Assembly (NCBI GenBank): GCA_902797695.1 | Contig: CADBTW010000095.1 | Span: 66 to 64,065, forward strand | Direction: 5' to 3' | Length of the DNA stretch: 64,000 bases | Source of the DNA: an uncultured Sutterellaceae bacterium | Lineage (GTDB): Bacteria > Pseudomonadota > Gammaproteobacteria > Burkholderiales > Burkholderiaceae_F | Shown: piece by piece, positions 1 to 10,807 of the stretch | How the letters are laid out: every line of letters starts with the position of its first letter | Numbering within the stretch: the stretch's first letter is position 1 | Notes under the pieces: generated by a model | What the model was told of the DNA's origin: nothing | What the model saw: only the letters and a program-made list of their open reading frames with translations | The model's database searches: none | Program-made: the position numbers and the translations under genes

Positions 1-262
1 AGCTCCGCCTCCTACTCGATTGAGGCGAATGTCAACAGAGGGACAGCCCCTTGCTGCCTTCTTACATCCAGTGCGGAAACTGCCGCCGCCGTGCGATCCG
101 CTTCAAGACAGAGCTTTTCCCTGTATGCTTTTTTCTAGGAAAAGTCCCATGACTCGTTTTTCAGCGCGCTTTTCCGGGCTATCATGTCTGACGATGCCGA
201 CTTCCCGCATCCTCCTCCGGTGCCGGTTGAAATTATTTTAAGAATTCTATGGAAGTCTCCTG

Positions 263-925
263 ATGGAATTTGACCTGTCCCTCATTTGGGATTCATTCCC
301 ACTATTGCTGCAGGGCGCTCTCGTAACGCTGAAAATTACAGCAATGTCTGTCGGCCTTGGCCTTGTCTTTGGCCTGCTTGCCGGCATCGCCTCGCTCACT
401 CCCTTCTGGTGGGTCCGGATTCCAGCTCGCTGCTACGTGGATTTCATCCGCGGCACGCCGCTCCTGATTCAGATCTTCCTCATTTACTTCGCGCTTCCCG
501 TTGTGCTGGATACGCGGGTGGATCCGTTCGTTGCAGCGGTCACGGCCTGCTCGATCAATTCTGGCGCGTATCTGGCGGAAATCTTCCGCGCAGGCATCCA
601 GTCAATCGACAAGGGGCAGACCGAAGCCGGTCGTTCCCTTGGTCTCTCCTGGTACCAGACGATGAAGGAGATCGTGATCCCCCAGGCCTTCAAGCGGATC
701 ATCCCGCCGCTTGGCAACGAATTCATCGCGATGCTGAAGGATTCTTCCCTCGTGTCGGTGATCGGCTTCGAGGAACTTACCCGTTCCGGGCAGCTGATCA
801 TTGCCCAGACTTACGGTTCGTTTGAAATCTGGACTTGCGTCGCGCTGATCTACCTCACGATGACCCTGACCATTTCCCAGCTGGTCGCTTTCCTTGAGCG
901 GAGGTTCAGGACAAATGAACGCTAG
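263..925 (+). CDS. polar amino-acid ABC transporter permease (HisM/GlnP family)
   Basis: 220-aa ORF with multiple hydrophobic spans and the conserved permease loop [41 protein letters not shown]. Its 3' end overlaps the start of the ATPase gene. Confidence 0.9.
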   Translation: MEFDLSLIWDSFPLLLQGALVTLKITAMSVGLGLVFGLLAGIASLTPFWWVRIPARCYVDFIRGTPLLIQIFLIYFALPVVLDTRVDPFVAAVTACSINSGAYLAEIFRAGIQSIDKGQTEAGRSLGLSWYQTMKEIVIPQAFKRIIPPLGNEFIAMLKDSSLVSVIGFEELTRSGQLIIAQTYGSFEIWTCVALIYLTMTLTISQLVAFLERRFRTNER

Positions 926-1652
926 CCATCCGATGATTGAAATCCGCGACCTTTACAAGTCCTATGGGAAAACGGAGATCCTTCACGGAATCTCCCTCAA
1001 GGTCGCTCCCAAGGAAGTTGTTGTCGTGATCGGTCCCTCGGGGTCGGGCAAGTCCACGATGCTGCGCTGCATCAACTATTTGGAGACCCCGACTGCCGGC
1101 GAGATCCTGGTGGACGGGGTGAAGATCGAGCCGAAAACCAACCTGAACAGCATCCGTGCCGAGGTTGGCATGGTGTTCCAGCATTTCAACCTCTTTGAGA
1201 ACAAGACGGTCCTGCAGAACATTACCCTGGCTCCGATGCGGGTGAGGGGCCTGGGGAAAGAGGAGGCCGAGAAGCGGGCCCTCGAACTGCTCGCGCTCGT
1301 GGGCCTGAAGGACAAGGCGTCAGAATACCCCCGGATGCTGTCCGGCGGTCAGCAGCAGCGCGTCGCCATCGCCCGGTCGCTCGCGATGAATCCCAAGGTG
1401 ATGCTTTTCGACGAACCGACTTCGGCACTGGATCCCGAAATGGTGAAGGAGGTTCTCGACGTCATGAAGAGCCTTGCCGAAAAGGGCATGACGATGATCG
1501 TCGTCACCCACGAGATGGGATTCGCGAGGGAGGTCGGCGACCGGCTGATCTTCATGGCCGACGGAAAGATCGTGGAGGAGGGCGTGCCGACCGAGGTGTT
1601 TGCGCATCCGCAGCAGGAACGCACCAAGCAGTTCTTCTCGAAGATCCTCTAG
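915..1652 (+). CDS. polar amino-acid ABC transporter ATP-binding protein (GlnQ-like)
   Basis: Walker [13 protein letters not shown] signature [13 protein letters not shown], Walker [13 protein letters not shown]-loop VVTHEM. ATG 915 lies about 10 nt after GGAGG; ATG 933 is an alternative start. Confidence 0.95.
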   Translation: MNASHPMIEIRDLYKSYGKTEILHGISLKVAPKEVVVVIGPSGSGKSTMLRCINYLETPTAGEILVDGVKIEPKTNLNSIRAEVGMVFQHFNLFENKTVLQNITLAPMRVRGLGKEEAEKRALELLALVGLKDKASEYPRMLSGGQQQRVAIARSLAMNPKVMLFDEPTSALDPEMVKEVLDVMKSLAEKGMTMIVVTHEMGFAREVGDRLIFMADGKIVEEGVPTEVFAHPQQERTKQFFSKIL

Positions 1653-1685
1653 CCGGACATCCTTCCGCTGGGGTTCGGGCCGGAC

Positions 1686-1723
1686 GAGCGGTCAAGGGAA
1701 ATTCCCCGGCCGCTCTTCTTTTT
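1686..1723 (+). terminator. intrinsic terminator after the ABC ATPase gene
   Basis: Hairpin GAGCGGTC...GGCCGCTC with an inner GGGAATTCCC palindrome, followed by TTCTTTTTATT. It abuts the lexA stop codon on the other strand. Confidence 0.5.
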
Positions 1724-2282
1724 ATTCCGGAGGCTTTTCCTGCACGGCTTCCCGGATGAGAAACGCCGCTTCTCCGACCAGGGAAGCGCCAGGCGGAAGT
1801 CCGCCGGTTCCATTTTCAGGGAAGCCGAGGAAACGCCTGCCTTCCATCTCAAGCAACAGGAGCTTCGGCTCGGCAGGGAGGGAAATCCTGTGCCGGATTC
1901 CAAGAAGGTCTCCCTTGTTTATGCCGTTCGGTGCAAGTGAGTTGTCCGGCACCCGGACAAATTCATCAGCTTCCACAAAGGAAGTCCTAAGACGGTCGCT
2001 CGAAAACTGGATCCTGACTCCCGGGCCAAGTGTGCGTGGGGTCTCGGCTCCTGCCTTAAGCTGTATTCCCCGGGCTTCTTTCGGATGCAGTGCGATGAGC
2101 CCTTTTCGCTCAAGCGCCCTCAGATGTCCTTCAGCGGCGTTCGGGGAGGAAAAGCCGAAGCGGTCAGCTATTTCCTTCCTTGTCGGGGGGAATCCTGTGG
2201 TGTCCACTCGCTCACGGATGAACTTGAAGACCGCGAATTGCCGAGGGGTAAGCCTCTTCTTGCTGGGGGTGGACGGGATCAT
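1722..2282 (-). CDS. lexA: LexA-family transcriptional repressor (C-terminal domain atypical)
   Basis: The N-terminal winged helix is nearly collinear with E. coli LexA (LTPRQFAVFKFIRERVDTTGFPPTRKEIADRFGFSSPNAAEGHLRALERKGLI). The C-terminal S24-like part is short and divergent (186 aa in total). Confidence 0.8.
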   Translation of the reverse strand: MIPSTPSKKRLTPRQFAVFKFIRERVDTTGFPPTRKEIADRFGFSSPNAAEGHLRALERKGLIALHPKEARGIQLKAGAETPRTLGPGVRIQFSSDRLRTSFVEADEFVRVPDNSLAPNGINKGDLLGIRHRISLPAEPKLLLLEMEGRRFLGFPENGTGGLPPGASLVGEAAFLIREAVQEKPPE

Positions 2283-2456
2283 TTCTCTTGGGACGGCGGG
2301 GGGTTCGAGCGGCGGTGTAACCCGCCCGGGGCTGAAAATCGGGACGTGCTAAACTCAGCCGGCGCACGCCGGCCGAAGGCCATTCTAGCCGAACGCGGAA
2401 TCGCGGCGGGCGGCCATTTCCCGTTTCCCACAAAATAGCGCAGGACCGCTGCACCC

Positions 2457-3050
2457 ATGCCATTGGACAATCCCCCCGTCATCCTTGAGGGGGCGCTTCT
2501 CACTGCCGGCCGGCCGCTCGCCGTCCGGGAGCTGAGGCTTCTTTTTTCCAATGCGTATTCAAAGAAGGAAGTCCTCGGCTGGCTCGCCGAGATCCAGCAG
2601 AAATGGTCTGGACGCGCCGTGCACCTCGTGGAGGTCGCGGGCGGCTGGCGTTTTGTGGGCGGAACGGAGCTCCAGCCTTATCTCGAAAGACTGTCATCCG
2701 CGAAGCCCCCCCGGTACTCGAGGAGTTTCCTTGAAACGCTCGCAATCATCGCCTATCGGCAGCCGGTGACCCGCGGCGACATCGAGGATATCCGGGGCGT
2801 TTCCGTCAATTCGAACATCATGCGCCAGCTTGAGGACAGGAACTGGATTGAGTGCGTTGGGAAAAGGGATACGCCAGGGCACCCAGCGCTGTGGGCCACC
2901 ACTTCGAAGTTCCTTGAGGATTTTTCGCTGAAGTCGCTGCAGTCGCTTCCCGGGCTTCCTGAAGGCGCTGCCGCTGAGCAGCAGGAGCTTCCGGGCTTCA
3001 GGAGCGATGCCGAACCGCGGGGCATTCCGGGAGGAAAGGAAGAAAAATGA
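2457..3050 (+). CDS. scpB: segregation and condensation protein B
   Basis: ScpB hallmarks [13 protein letters not shown] and [28 protein letters not shown] overlap with the downstream rluB. Confidence 0.9.
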   Translation: MPLDNPPVILEGALLTAGRPLAVRELRLLFSNAYSKKEVLGWLAEIQQKWSGRAVHLVEVAGGWRFVGGTELQPYLERLSSAKPPRYSRSFLETLAIIAYRQPVTRGDIEDIRGVSVNSNIMRQLEDRNWIECVGKRDTPGHPALWATTSKFLEDFSLKSLQSLPGLPEGAAAEQQELPGFRSDAEPRGIPGGKEEK

Positions 3051-4051
3051 CTGAGCAGACCGTTGAAAGTTCCGACGAGAGCGGCAAGGCTTCTTCTGAA
3101 AGCCTTGGCAACGAACTGCAGGACATGCAGGAAAAAGCGCTCGAAAAATCCGAGAAGCTCCAGAAGGTACTCGCCGAGTCGGGCCTTGGATCGCGGCGAG
3201 CCATGGAAGGGCTGATCGATGAGGGGCGGGTCACGGTGAACGGGGAGCCTGCCTACGTTGGCATCCGCGTCCTGCCTGATGACAGGATCGAAGTGGACGG
3301 GAAGCCCATCCGGCGCGAAGCCGCGATCGACCGTGTCCCGCGCGTCCTGCTTTACAACAAGCCGGAAGGCGAAATCGTTTCAAGGAAGGATCCTGAAGGC
3401 CGGCCGTCGGTTTTCGATCGCCTGCCTCCGGTCGAGTCCGGCCGCTGGATCGCGGTTGGCCGCCTTGACTTCAATACGTCGGGTCTCCTGATCTTCACGA
3501 CGAGCGGAAAGCTCGCGAATCTTCTCATGCATCCGCGCTACTCGATCGAGAGAGAGTATCTCGCCCGAGTTTCAGGCGAACTCTCCGACGAGCAGGGGAA
3601 CAGGCTCGTCCAGGGCGTTCGGCTCGAAGATGGCCCTGCCCGCTTCTCCCGCATTGTGGACGAGGGCGGCACGAAGGTGAACCACTGGTATCGGGTCGAG
3701 CTTTCCGAAGGACGGAACCGTGAAGTCCGGCGGATGTTCGAGGCAGTCGGGCTGACCGTCGGACGCCTGATGAGGGTGCGGTTCGGCGACATCGAGCTTC
3801 CGCGCGGGATGAGAAAGGGGGAGAAGTCGGAAATGAGCCGGGAGCATGTGAGGGACTGGCTCCTGAAGCTGGGGAAGGATCAGTCGGCGGAATTGCAGGA
3901 TTCCCCTGCACGGGTTTCCCGCAGGCCCCGGAAGGAAAGCTCCGGGAATCGCCATCCGGCTCCCAAAAGGGAAGGGCAGGAAGCGAGGCGGCGCGAAAGC
4001 GGGGCGGTTCGCCGGCACGGGGGGAGGCAGGGCAGCGGCACGCGGCTCTGA
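3047..4051 (+). CDS. rluB: 23S rRNA pseudouridine synthase RluB
   Basis: S4 domain ([30 protein letters not shown]), RsuA/RluB core ([14 protein letters not shown]) and an Arg-rich C-terminal tail. Confidence 0.9.
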   Translation: MTEQTVESSDESGKASSESLGNELQDMQEKALEKSEKLQKVLAESGLGSRRAMEGLIDEGRVTVNGEPAYVGIRVLPDDRIEVDGKPIRREAAIDRVPRVLLYNKPEGEIVSRKDPEGRPSVFDRLPPVESGRWIAVGRLDFNTSGLLIFTTSGKLANLLMHPRYSIEREYLARVSGELSDEQGNRLVQGVRLEDGPARFSRIVDEGGTKVNHWYRVELSEGRNREVRRMFEAVGLTVGRLMRVRFGDIELPRGMRKGEKSEMSREHVRDWLLKLGKDQSAELQDSPARVSRRPRKESSGNRHPAPKREGQEARRRESGAVRRHGGRQGSGTRL

Positions 4052-4086
4052 AAAGCGGAAAAAATGCGGGAGGATGCTGAAGTTTC

Positions 4087-4116
4087 TCAACAAAAATCCT
4101 GTCGATAGGGTATAAT
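4087..4116 (+). promoter_or_regulatory. candidate sigma70 promoter of the rimP-nusA-infB operon
   Basis: Perfect -10 TATAAT at 4111-4116 in an intergenic region. The -35 is weak (TCAACA/CAACAA) 17-18 bp upstream. Confidence 0.45.
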
Positions 4117-4229
4117 GCAGGCCTCAAATCGCGAGGCAGAAGCTTTGCCCCGCGTCTCGATTTCATGGATCCGGCTTTCGAAGTACTTGGAAGCCGGAAT
4201 GCCTGCGGCGCCCCTGGCGTTGCAGGAGG

Positions 4230-4256
4230 AAATGGGCTCTGAGCCCATTTTTTTTT
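4230..4256 (+). terminator. leader terminator/attenuator upstream of rimP
   Basis: Perfect 9-bp stem AAATGGGCT/AGCCCATTT with loop CTG, running into a stretch of 9 T. It lies between the candidate promoter and the rimP start. Confidence 0.6.
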
Positions 4257-4309
4257 GGTTTTATTTGTTTCAACAGCTAGTCAACAGACAAAGAAGCTAT
4301 AGCGACTAC

Positions 4310-4897
4310 ATGACTGCCAAGACATTGGATTTGAACGAAATCGTATCCAGAACCGTTGAGGGCATGGGCTACGAGTTCGTGGAATTCGAGCGGTTGCCCG
4401 GAGCCCTTCTCCGCGTCACGATCGATTCGGAGCGCGAGGGCGGCATTTCCGTGAATGACTGCGAAGCCGTGAGCGACCAGCTCACCGCGCTCTTCACCGC
4501 CGAGGATGTGGACTACCAGAGGCTCGAGGTTACGAGCCCCGGGGTCGAGCGGGAACTGAAGCGGGCAAAGGACTGGAAGCGCTTTTCCGGGTCTCTGGCT
4601 CATGTTGAGCTTTATTCCCCCATGCATGCCGAAGGTTTCCCAGAGGCCGGCAGGAGGAAGCTTGACGGAAGGATCCTTTCGATTTCGGGCGAGCCGGGAA
4701 GCGAACGGATCGGATTCGAATTCACCGGCGAAAAGCCGTTCCGCACGCCCTCCCAGGCGGCTCGTGAACGGATCGCCACCCGCAAGGGCAGGCATGCCGC
4801 GGAGCCGGCTGTTTCGGTGAAGGTGGAATTCCCGCTTTCCGAAGTTGAACACGCGCACTTAATTGCAGAACTGGACTTTAAAGGTGGACGCAGATGA
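4310..4897 (+). CDS. rimP: ribosome maturation factor RimP
   Basis: RimP-like N-terminus MTAKTLDLNEIVSRTVEGMGYEFVEFE. The gene sits directly upstream of nusA with an ATGA overlap. Start moved from the ORF-track position 4115 to ATG 4310. Confidence 0.88.
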   Translation: MTAKTLDLNEIVSRTVEGMGYEFVEFERLPGALLRVTIDSEREGGISVNDCEAVSDQLTALFTAEDVDYQRLEVTSPGVERELKRAKDWKRFSGSLAHVELYSPMHAEGFPEAGRRKLDGRILSISGEPGSERIGFEFTGEKPFRTPSQAARERIATRKGRHAAEPAVSVKVEFPLSEVEHAHLIAELDFKGGRR

Positions 4898-6393
4898 ATA
4901 AAGAGATGAGCGGCAGGGATCTCCTCGACATGGTGGAAGTGCTCGCGCACGAGAAGAGCGTGGACATTGAGGTGGTGTTCGGCGTTGTCGAAACCGCGCT
5001 TGCCACGGCCATCAAGCGCTCGAGCTTCCCGGGCGAGGATGCGGACGTCGTTGTCCAGATCGACCGCGAAACCGGCGCCTACACGGCTGTGCGCCGCTGG
5101 GTGATCGTTCCTGACGAGCAGGGGCTCCAGGAGCCCGATCGCGAGGAAATGTACAGCGACATCCACGACGACTACCCTGATCTCAAGGTCGGGGACTACA
5201 TCACGCGTCCGGTGGAAAACGTGAATTCCGACGCCCGGCGCTTCGCCCAGGACGCGAAGCAGGTGATCCTGCAGCGCCTTCGCGACGCCGAGCGTGCCCA
5301 GATCGTCCAGGAATTCCTGGACCGGGGCGAGACTGTTGTCACGGGGCAGGTGAAGCGCATGGACAAGGGTGACGCGATCATTGAGATCGGCCGCCTTGAT
5401 GCAAGGCTTCCCCGCGACCAGATGATCCCTCGCGAAATCGTCCATCCGGGCGATCGCGTGAAGGCTTTCGTGCTGAAGGTCGAGGACGGCCAGCGCGGGC
5501 GTCAGGTAATCCTCTCCCGCACGAGCCCCGAGTTCCTGAAGGAGCTTTTCGAGCTCGAGGTCCCGGAAATCGAGGAAGGCCTCCTCGAAATCAAGAGCGT
5601 TGCCCGTGATCCGGGACTCCGCGCGAAGGTTGCGGTCTTCGCCCGCGACTCCCGCATCGATCCGATCGGAACCTGCGTCGGCATTCATGGCAGCCGCGTG
5701 AATGCTGTCACTGCCGAGCTTTCGAACGAGCACATCGACATCGTTCTCTGGAGCGATGATTCGGCCCAGTTCGTGCTTGAGGCGCTGAAGCCCGCGGAAG
5801 TGCAGTCGATCGTCCTGAACGAGGACGACAAGAGCGCCGATGTCGTCGTGCCCGAGGACAAGCTTGCCGTCGCGATCGGCAGCCGCGGCCAGAACGTGAG
5901 GCTCGCCTCCGAGCTCACCGGCTGGCAGATCAACATCATGACCGCCGATGAAGCCGACGAGAAGCATAAGAGCGAAACGGCCGAGAGCCGCCGCGAGTTC
6001 ATGGAGCAGCTCGACCTTGACGAGGAAGCGGCTGACGTGCTGATCGACGCGGGCCTCGCTTCGATCGAAGACGTTGCCTACATTCCCGAGAAGGAGTTGC
6101 TTGACATCGGGGCCTTCGACGAGGATACGGTGAAGGAGCTCCGCTCGCGCGCTCGCGATGTCCTGACTCGCCGCGCGATCAAGCGCGAGGAGAACCTGCG
6201 GCTTGCCGACAAGAGCCTGCTCGAGCTTCCGGGAATCGACGGCGAGAAGGTGAGCACGCTGGTGAGCGCCGGGGTGAGGAACGTGAATGACCTTGCGGAC
6301 CTCGCGACCGACGAGCTCGTTGAGAAGGCCGGCTTTGACGAAAAGACCGCCGCCGATCTGATTATCGCCGCCCGGGCTGTTGTTTATCCGTAG
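4894..6393 (+). CDS. nusA: transcription termination/antitermination factor NusA
   Basis: 499 aa with S1 and KH motifs ([46 protein letters not shown]) and C-terminal acidic repeats. Confidence 0.97.
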   Translation: MNKEMSGRDLLDMVEVLAHEKSVDIEVVFGVVETALATAIKRSSFPGEDADVVVQIDRETGAYTAVRRWVIVPDEQGLQEPDREEMYSDIHDDYPDLKVGDYITRPVENVNSDARRFAQDAKQVILQRLRDAERAQIVQEFLDRGETVVTGQVKRMDKGDAIIEIGRLDARLPRDQMIPREIVHPGDRVKAFVLKVEDGQRGRQVILSRTSPEFLKELFELEVPEIEEGLLEIKSVARDPGLRAKVAVFARDSRIDPIGTCVGIHGSRVNAVTAELSNEHIDIVLWSDDSAQFVLEALKPAEVQSIVLNEDDKSADVVVPEDKLAVAIGSRGQNVRLASELTGWQINIMTADEADEKHKSETAESRREFMEQLDLDEEAADVLIDAGLASIEDVAYIPEKELLDIGAFDEDTVKELRSRARDVLTRRAIKREENLRLADKSLLELPGIDGEKVSTLVSAGVRNVNDLADLATDELVEKAGFDEKTAADLIIAARAVVYP

Positions 6394-6427
6394 TCGGGTG
6401 AATGTCGAAAAGGGGAAGAGATCATCT

Positions 6428-9400
6428 ATGGCAAATAAGACAGTTTTCGAATTCGCCCAGGAACTGAAGGTCGCGGCAAAGACGCTCCTTACGCAGCTGA
6501 AGGCTGCCGGAGTGAGCAAGAATTCCGAGTCTGACGAGCTTTCCGAGGGCGACAAGACGAAGCTGCTCGAGTCCCTGAGGCTCGAGCGGGCGTCCGAAGG
6601 CGACGGCACGGCCCCGAAGCACCCCCGCCGGATCACCGTGACCCGCAAGGAAAAGTCCGTGATCAGGAAGGCTGATGCGACTGGCCGTACCCGCACGGTT
6701 CAGGTTGAAGTGCGCCGGCGCCGCGTGTTCGTGAAGAATCCTGCGATTGAGGCTGCCCAGAAGGCAGAGGTCCAGAAGGCGCTTGCCGAAAGGATCGCGG
6801 CCGAGAAGGCGAAGGAAGCCCAGGAGGCCGCCGAGCGCGCCCGCGTGGCTCAGGAAGCCGCCGCGAAGGCTGAAGCGGAAAAGGCCCGTCAGGCCGCCGA
6901 GGAAGCCGCAGCCCAGGCTGCCGCCGAACAGGCTGCGAAGGAAGAGGAGCGCCGGAAGGCGGAGGCCGAGGCCGAGGCCGAGAAGGCCGCTGCCGAGGTG
7001 AAGGCGAAGCAGGTCGCGGACAACGAGCGCGCCCAGAAGGAGCAGAAGCAGGCCGCGCGTGCCCGCCGCCAGGCTGAGGAACGCGCCCGCCTCGAGCGCG
7101 ATGCGGCTGCGATTCGCGCTTCCCGCGCGATGCAGGCGAAGGCTGCGGCCGCCCGTGTCGCTGCTGAGAAAGCCGCTGCGGCGCCTAAGATCGATCCCGC
7201 CGAGAAGGCGAGGCGCGAGGCCGCCCGTGCCAAGGCTGCTGCTGAGGCCGCTGCCCTGAACGCGGCCCGTGCCAAGGCGGCCGCCGAGGAAGCGAAGGCT
7301 CGTGCAGAGGCACGTGCCAAGGCTGAAGCCGAGGCTGCCGCCATCCGCGCGATGCTGAACCGCCCGAAGAACGCTCCGAAGAAGCCCGCGGTAGAGACGA
7401 AGGCTGCCGATGAGAAGGCCGCCGCCAAGACCGCGCAGAAGCCGGCCGAGGCCGCGAAGAAGGCCGAGACCAAGCGCCCGGCGCACTTCCGCCCGGCTGC
7501 GGCGCCGAAGAGTAGCGAGGAGAACGGCCGCGGCAAGAAGTGCCGCCGCGGCGATCGCCGCGACGAGGACGGGCATCATCATCAGATCAAGACCCGCGGC
7601 GTGGACGACGAGGGAGGCTGGCGCACCGCTCGCGGCCGCCGCTCCCAGGATCGCCGCCGCGGCAACGAGCCCCTCCAGCCGCAGGTGCAGGAACCCGTCG
7701 TGCGCGAGATCGAGGTTCCGGAGACCATTTCCGTCGCCGATCTCGCCCGCAAGATGGCCGTGAAGGCGACCGAAGTGATCAAGCAGCTGATGAAGGACGG
7801 CCAGATGGTCACCATCAACCAGATGCTTGATCAGGACACCGCGATGATCATCGTCGAGGAAATGGGCCACAAGGCGGTCCTCGCGAAGGCCGACGATCCC
7901 GAGGCTTTCCTCGGCGAAATCGGCGACAAGAACGAGTTCCCGGCCGTTCCGCGTCCCCCGGTCGTCACGATCATGGGCCACGTCGACCACGGCAAGACCT
8001 CGCTCCTCGACTACATCCGCCGCACCAAGGTCGCGGCGGGCGAAGCCGGCGGCATTACGCAGCATATCGGCGCTTACCACGTGAAGACGCCGCGCGGCAT
8101 CATCACGTTCCTCGACACCCCTGGGCACGAGGCCTTCACGGCCATGCGCGCCCGCGGAGCCCAGGTGACGGACATCGTCATTCTGGTTGTCGCGGCGGAC
8201 GACGGCGTGATGCCGCAGACGAAGGAAGCCATTGCGCACGCCCGTTCTGCCGGCGTCCCGATCGTTGTCGCGATCAACAAGTGCGACAAGCCCGGCGCGC
8301 ATCCCGAGGTTGTCAAGCAGGAACTCGTCCAGAACGAGGTGATCCCGGAAGAGTACGGCGGCGATTCGCCCTTCGTGAACGTTTCCGCTAAGACCGGCAT
8401 GGGCGTTGACGAACTTCTTGAGAACGTGCTGCTGCAGGCGGAGATGCTTGAGCTGAAGGCTCCGGCCGAAGGCCTCGCGAAGGGTGTCGTCCTTGAGTCC
8501 CGCCTCGACAAGGGGCGCGGCCCTGTCGCTTCCGTTCTCGTGCAGTCCGGCAGGCTGAACCGCGGCGACGTGGTTCTGGCCGGCGCCCAGTTTGGCCGCG
8601 TCCGCGCGATGGTCGGCGAGAACGGCCGCAACGTGAAGGAAGCCGGTCCTTCGATTCCGGTCGAGATCCAGGGCCTTTCCGGCATCCCCCAGGCGGGCGA
8701 CGAGTTCTTCGTGCTGCCTGACGAGAAGAAGGCGCGTGAAATCGCGCTCTTCCGTCAGGGCAAGTACCGCGACGTCAAGCTCGCCAAGGCGCAGGCCGCC
8801 AGTCTGCAGAACCTCTTCAAGGACAGCGACGGGAAGCAGAAGACCCTGCCCCTCATCGTCAAGGCTGACCTCCAGGGCTCCCAGGAAGCCTTGGTCCAGG
8901 CGTTCACGAAGCTTTCGACCGATGAAGTGCGCGTGCAGATCGTTCACTCCGCCGTGGGCGGCATCAGCGAGACCGACGTCAACCTCGCGATTGCGGCTGG
9001 CGCCGTGATTGTCGGCTTCAACGTCCGTGCCGACGGCGGCGCGAAGAAGCTCGCCGAGCACGAAGGCGTCGAGATCCACTACTACGACATCATTTACGAT
9101 GCCGTGAACGAGATCAAGGCGGCGATGAGCGGCATGCTCGCCCCGGTCCAGAAGGAAACGAACCTCGGTCTCGCCGAGATCCGTCAGGTGATCCACGTGC
9201 CGAAGGTCGGCAACATCGCCGGCTGCCGCGTGGTGGAAGGCCTCATCCGCCGGAACGCGAACATCCGTCTGCTGCGCGACAACGTGGTGATCTGGACGGG
9301 CGAGCTCGCCTCCCTCAAGCATTTCAAGGACGATGTCCGCGAAATGAACGCCGGCCAGGAATGTGGCGTCTCGCTGAAGGGCTACGAGGACATCAAGGTC

Positions 9401-9451
9401 GGGGACCAGCTCGAAGTGTTCGAGGTGACGGAAGTCGCCCGTACGCTCTAA
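6428..9451 (+). CDS. infB: translation initiation factor IF-2
   Basis: GTPase motifs [20 protein letters not shown] and NKCD. The N-terminal region is Ala/Glu/Lys-rich. ATG 6428 is preceded by a purine-rich SD. Confidence 0.97.
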   Translation: MANKTVFEFAQELKVAAKTLLTQLKAAGVSKNSESDELSEGDKTKLLESLRLERASEGDGTAPKHPRRITVTRKEKSVIRKADATGRTRTVQVEVRRRRVFVKNPAIEAAQKAEVQKALAERIAAEKAKEAQEAAERARVAQEAAAKAEAEKARQAAEEAAAQAAAEQAAKEEERRKAEAEAEAEKAAAEVKAKQVADNERAQKEQKQAARARRQAEERARLERDAAAIRASRAMQAKAAAARVAAEKAAAAPKIDPAEKARREAARAKAAAEAAALNAARAKAAAEEAKARAEARAKAEAEAAAIRAMLNRPKNAPKKPAVETKAADEKAAAKTAQKPAEAAKKAETKRPAHFRPAAAPKSSEENGRGKKCRRGDRRDEDGHHHQIKTRGVDDEGGWRTARGRRSQDRRRGNEPLQPQVQEPVVREIEVPETISVADLARKMAVKATEVIKQLMKDGQMVTINQMLDQDTAMIIVEEMGHKAVLAKADDPEAFLGEIGDKNEFPAVPRPPVVTIMGHVDHGKTSLLDYIRRTKVAAGEAGGITQHIGAYHVKTPRGIITFLDTPGHEAFTAMRARGAQVTDIVILVVAADDGVMPQTKEAIAHARSAGVPIVVAINKCDKPGAHPEVVKQELVQNEVIPEEYGGDSPFVNVSAKTGMGVDELLENVLLQAEMLELKAPAEGLAKGVVLESRLDKGRGPVASVLVQSGRLNRGDVVLAGAQFGRVRAMVGENGRNVKEAGPSIPVEIQGLSGIPQAGDEFFVLPDEKKAREIALFRQGKYRDVKLAKAQAASLQNLFKDSDGKQKTLPLIVKADLQGSQEALVQAFTKLSTDEVRVQIVHSAVGGISETDVNLAIAAGAVIVGFNVRADGGAKKLAEHEGVEIHYYDIIYDAVNEIKAAMSGMLAPVQKETNLGLAEIRQVIHVPKVGNIAGCRVVEGLIRRNANIRLLRDNVVIWTGELASLKHFKDDVREMNAGQECGVSLKGYEDIKVGDQLEVFEVTEVARTL

Positions 9452-9525
9452 GGGCAACGGGACGGAGGACTGCCCCTTCCGGGCAGCTCCTCCAGACCCT
9501 GACAAGGAATTGAGGACTAAGAAAC

Positions 9526-9885
9526 GTGAGAAAGGCTAAGCCCGGGCGCTCTACCCGGATAGCGGACCAGATCGCACGCGATGTCGCGGAGCTGATCCCG
9601 AAGGAAGTCCGCGACCCGCGGGTCGGCTTCGTAACGGTCACAGGCTGCGACATCACGCCTGACTATGCCCATGCGAACATCTACTTCACGGTGATCGGCG
9701 CTGATCCCGAGGAATGCCGCGAGGGGCTGAACGCTGCCGCGGGAATGCTCCGGAACCTCATCTTCAGGAAGCTTCGGATCCATACGGTTCCGACCCTGCA
9801 TTTCGTCCATGACGAAAGCGTCGACCGCGGCTTCGCGATGGACAAGCTCATCGCGGAAGCCCTGGACAAGAAGCCGGGGGAGTAG
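9526..9885 (+). CDS. rbfA: ribosome-binding factor A
   Basis: 119-aa ORF with a GTG start, RbfA-like sequence (RIADQIARDVAELI, IHTVPTLHFVHDES) and the conserved infB-rbfA-truB position. Confidence 0.92.
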   Translation: MRKAKPGRSTRIADQIARDVAELIPKEVRDPRVGFVTVTGCDITPDYAHANIYFTVIGADPEECREGLNAAAGMLRNLIFRKLRIHTVPTLHFVHDESVDRGFAMDKLIAEALDKKPGE

Positions 9886-9891
9886 GAAGTC

Positions 9892-10797
9892 GTGCCAAGA
9901 GGACGTCGCGGAAATCCGGTGGACGGAGTGCTGCTGCTCGACAAGCCCGAGGGGATGAGCTCGAACCATGCCCTTCAGGCCGCGAGGCGGCTGCTGAACG
10001 CCGCGAAGGCGGGTCACTGCGGAACGCTTGACCCGATGGCGACGGGGCTTCTTCCGCTTGCCTTCGGCGAGGCGACGAAGTTTTCCTCGGATCTGCTCGG
10101 AGCTGACAAGGCCTATGAGGCCGAGGCGGTCCTCGGGATCCGTACCGACACGGGAGATACGACCGGGGAAGTGCTCGAGCGGCATGAGCCGAACGTCACA
10201 GCCGGCGAGGTGAAGGCGGCCGCCGCAGGGCTCACCGGGACGATCCTGCAGGTCCCTCCCATGTATTCTGCCCTGAAGCGGAACGGCGTTCCTCTTTACA
10301 GGCTGGCGAGGAACGGGGAAACGGTTGAGCGCGAGCCCCGACAGGTTACAATTCATCAGTTTGACATCCTTTCCGTCAGCGGAGACCGGGTCAGGATGTC
10401 CTGCGTGGTGTCGAAGGGCACGTACATCAGGACGCTGATCGAAGACCTGGGAAAGGCCATTGGCTGCGGAGCGGCGATGTCGGCTCTCCGCAGGACGAGG
10501 GTCGGAAAGCTCGGAATCGGGGACGCCGTGACGCTTGGCGAGCTCGAGGCGGCAGATGGCGACGGGCGGCTCAGGCTGCTCGCCCCTCCTGACAGGCTCA
10601 TACAGGAGCTGCCTGCCGTGCTTTTAGGACCGGAAGAAGCCGCGCGTTTCAGGAACGGCCAAAGGCTTGCCCTCCGTCTCGCTTCGCCCGGGAGGGCAAG
10701 AGTCTACGGCCCGGAAAAGGAATTGCTGGGAACGGCGGTGGTCAGCGACCGCGGCGTGCTGTCCCCGGAAAGATTAACTGCTTACAGAGAAGCGTAA
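9892..10797 (+). CDS. truB: tRNA pseudouridine(55) synthase TruB
   Basis: Motifs [14 protein letters not shown] and the catalytic Asp motif [14 protein letters not shown]. Confidence 0.95.
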   Translation: MPRGRRGNPVDGVLLLDKPEGMSSNHALQAARRLLNAAKAGHCGTLDPMATGLLPLAFGEATKFSSDLLGADKAYEAEAVLGIRTDTGDTTGEVLERHEPNVTAGEVKAAAAGLTGTILQVPPMYSALKRNGVPLYRLARNGETVEREPRQVTIHQFDILSVSGDRVRMSCVVSKGTYIRTLIEDLGKAIGCGAAMSALRRTRVGKLGIGDAVTLGELEAADGDGRLRLLAPPDRLIQELPAVLLGPEEAARFRNGQRLALRLASPGRARVYGPEKELLGTAVVSDRGVLSPERLTAYREA

Positions 10798-10807
10798 AGA
10801 GAAAAAT

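Noticed and set aside
20-241. 73-aa ORF at the left edge
   Set aside because: It has no recognisable motif, it is Arg/Pro/Leu/Ser-rich, and it lies in what looks like the promoter region of the ABC permease gene.
2332-2347. Possible SOS box CTGAAAATCGGGACGT upstream of lexA
   Set aside because: It matches only 5 of the 8 conserved positions of CTGT-N8-ACAG and is not palindromic.
4612-6696. 694-aa ORF antisense to rimP/nusA
   Set aside because: Same GC-content artefact. NusA on the + strand is unambiguous.
6750-7540. Highly repetitive GC-rich stretch (possible tandem repeat or CRISPR-like array) in infB
   Set aside because: It is in frame, has irregular periodicity and encodes the usual Ala/Glu/Lys/Arg-rich IF-2 N-terminal linker. 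There is no spacer-repeat structure.
6422-9505. 1027-aa ORF antisense to infB
   Set aside because: Its Arg/Leu/Gly/Asp-rich, domain-free composition is typical of stop-free antisense frames in GC-rich DNA. The + strand encodes a textbook IF-2 with all GTPase motifs.
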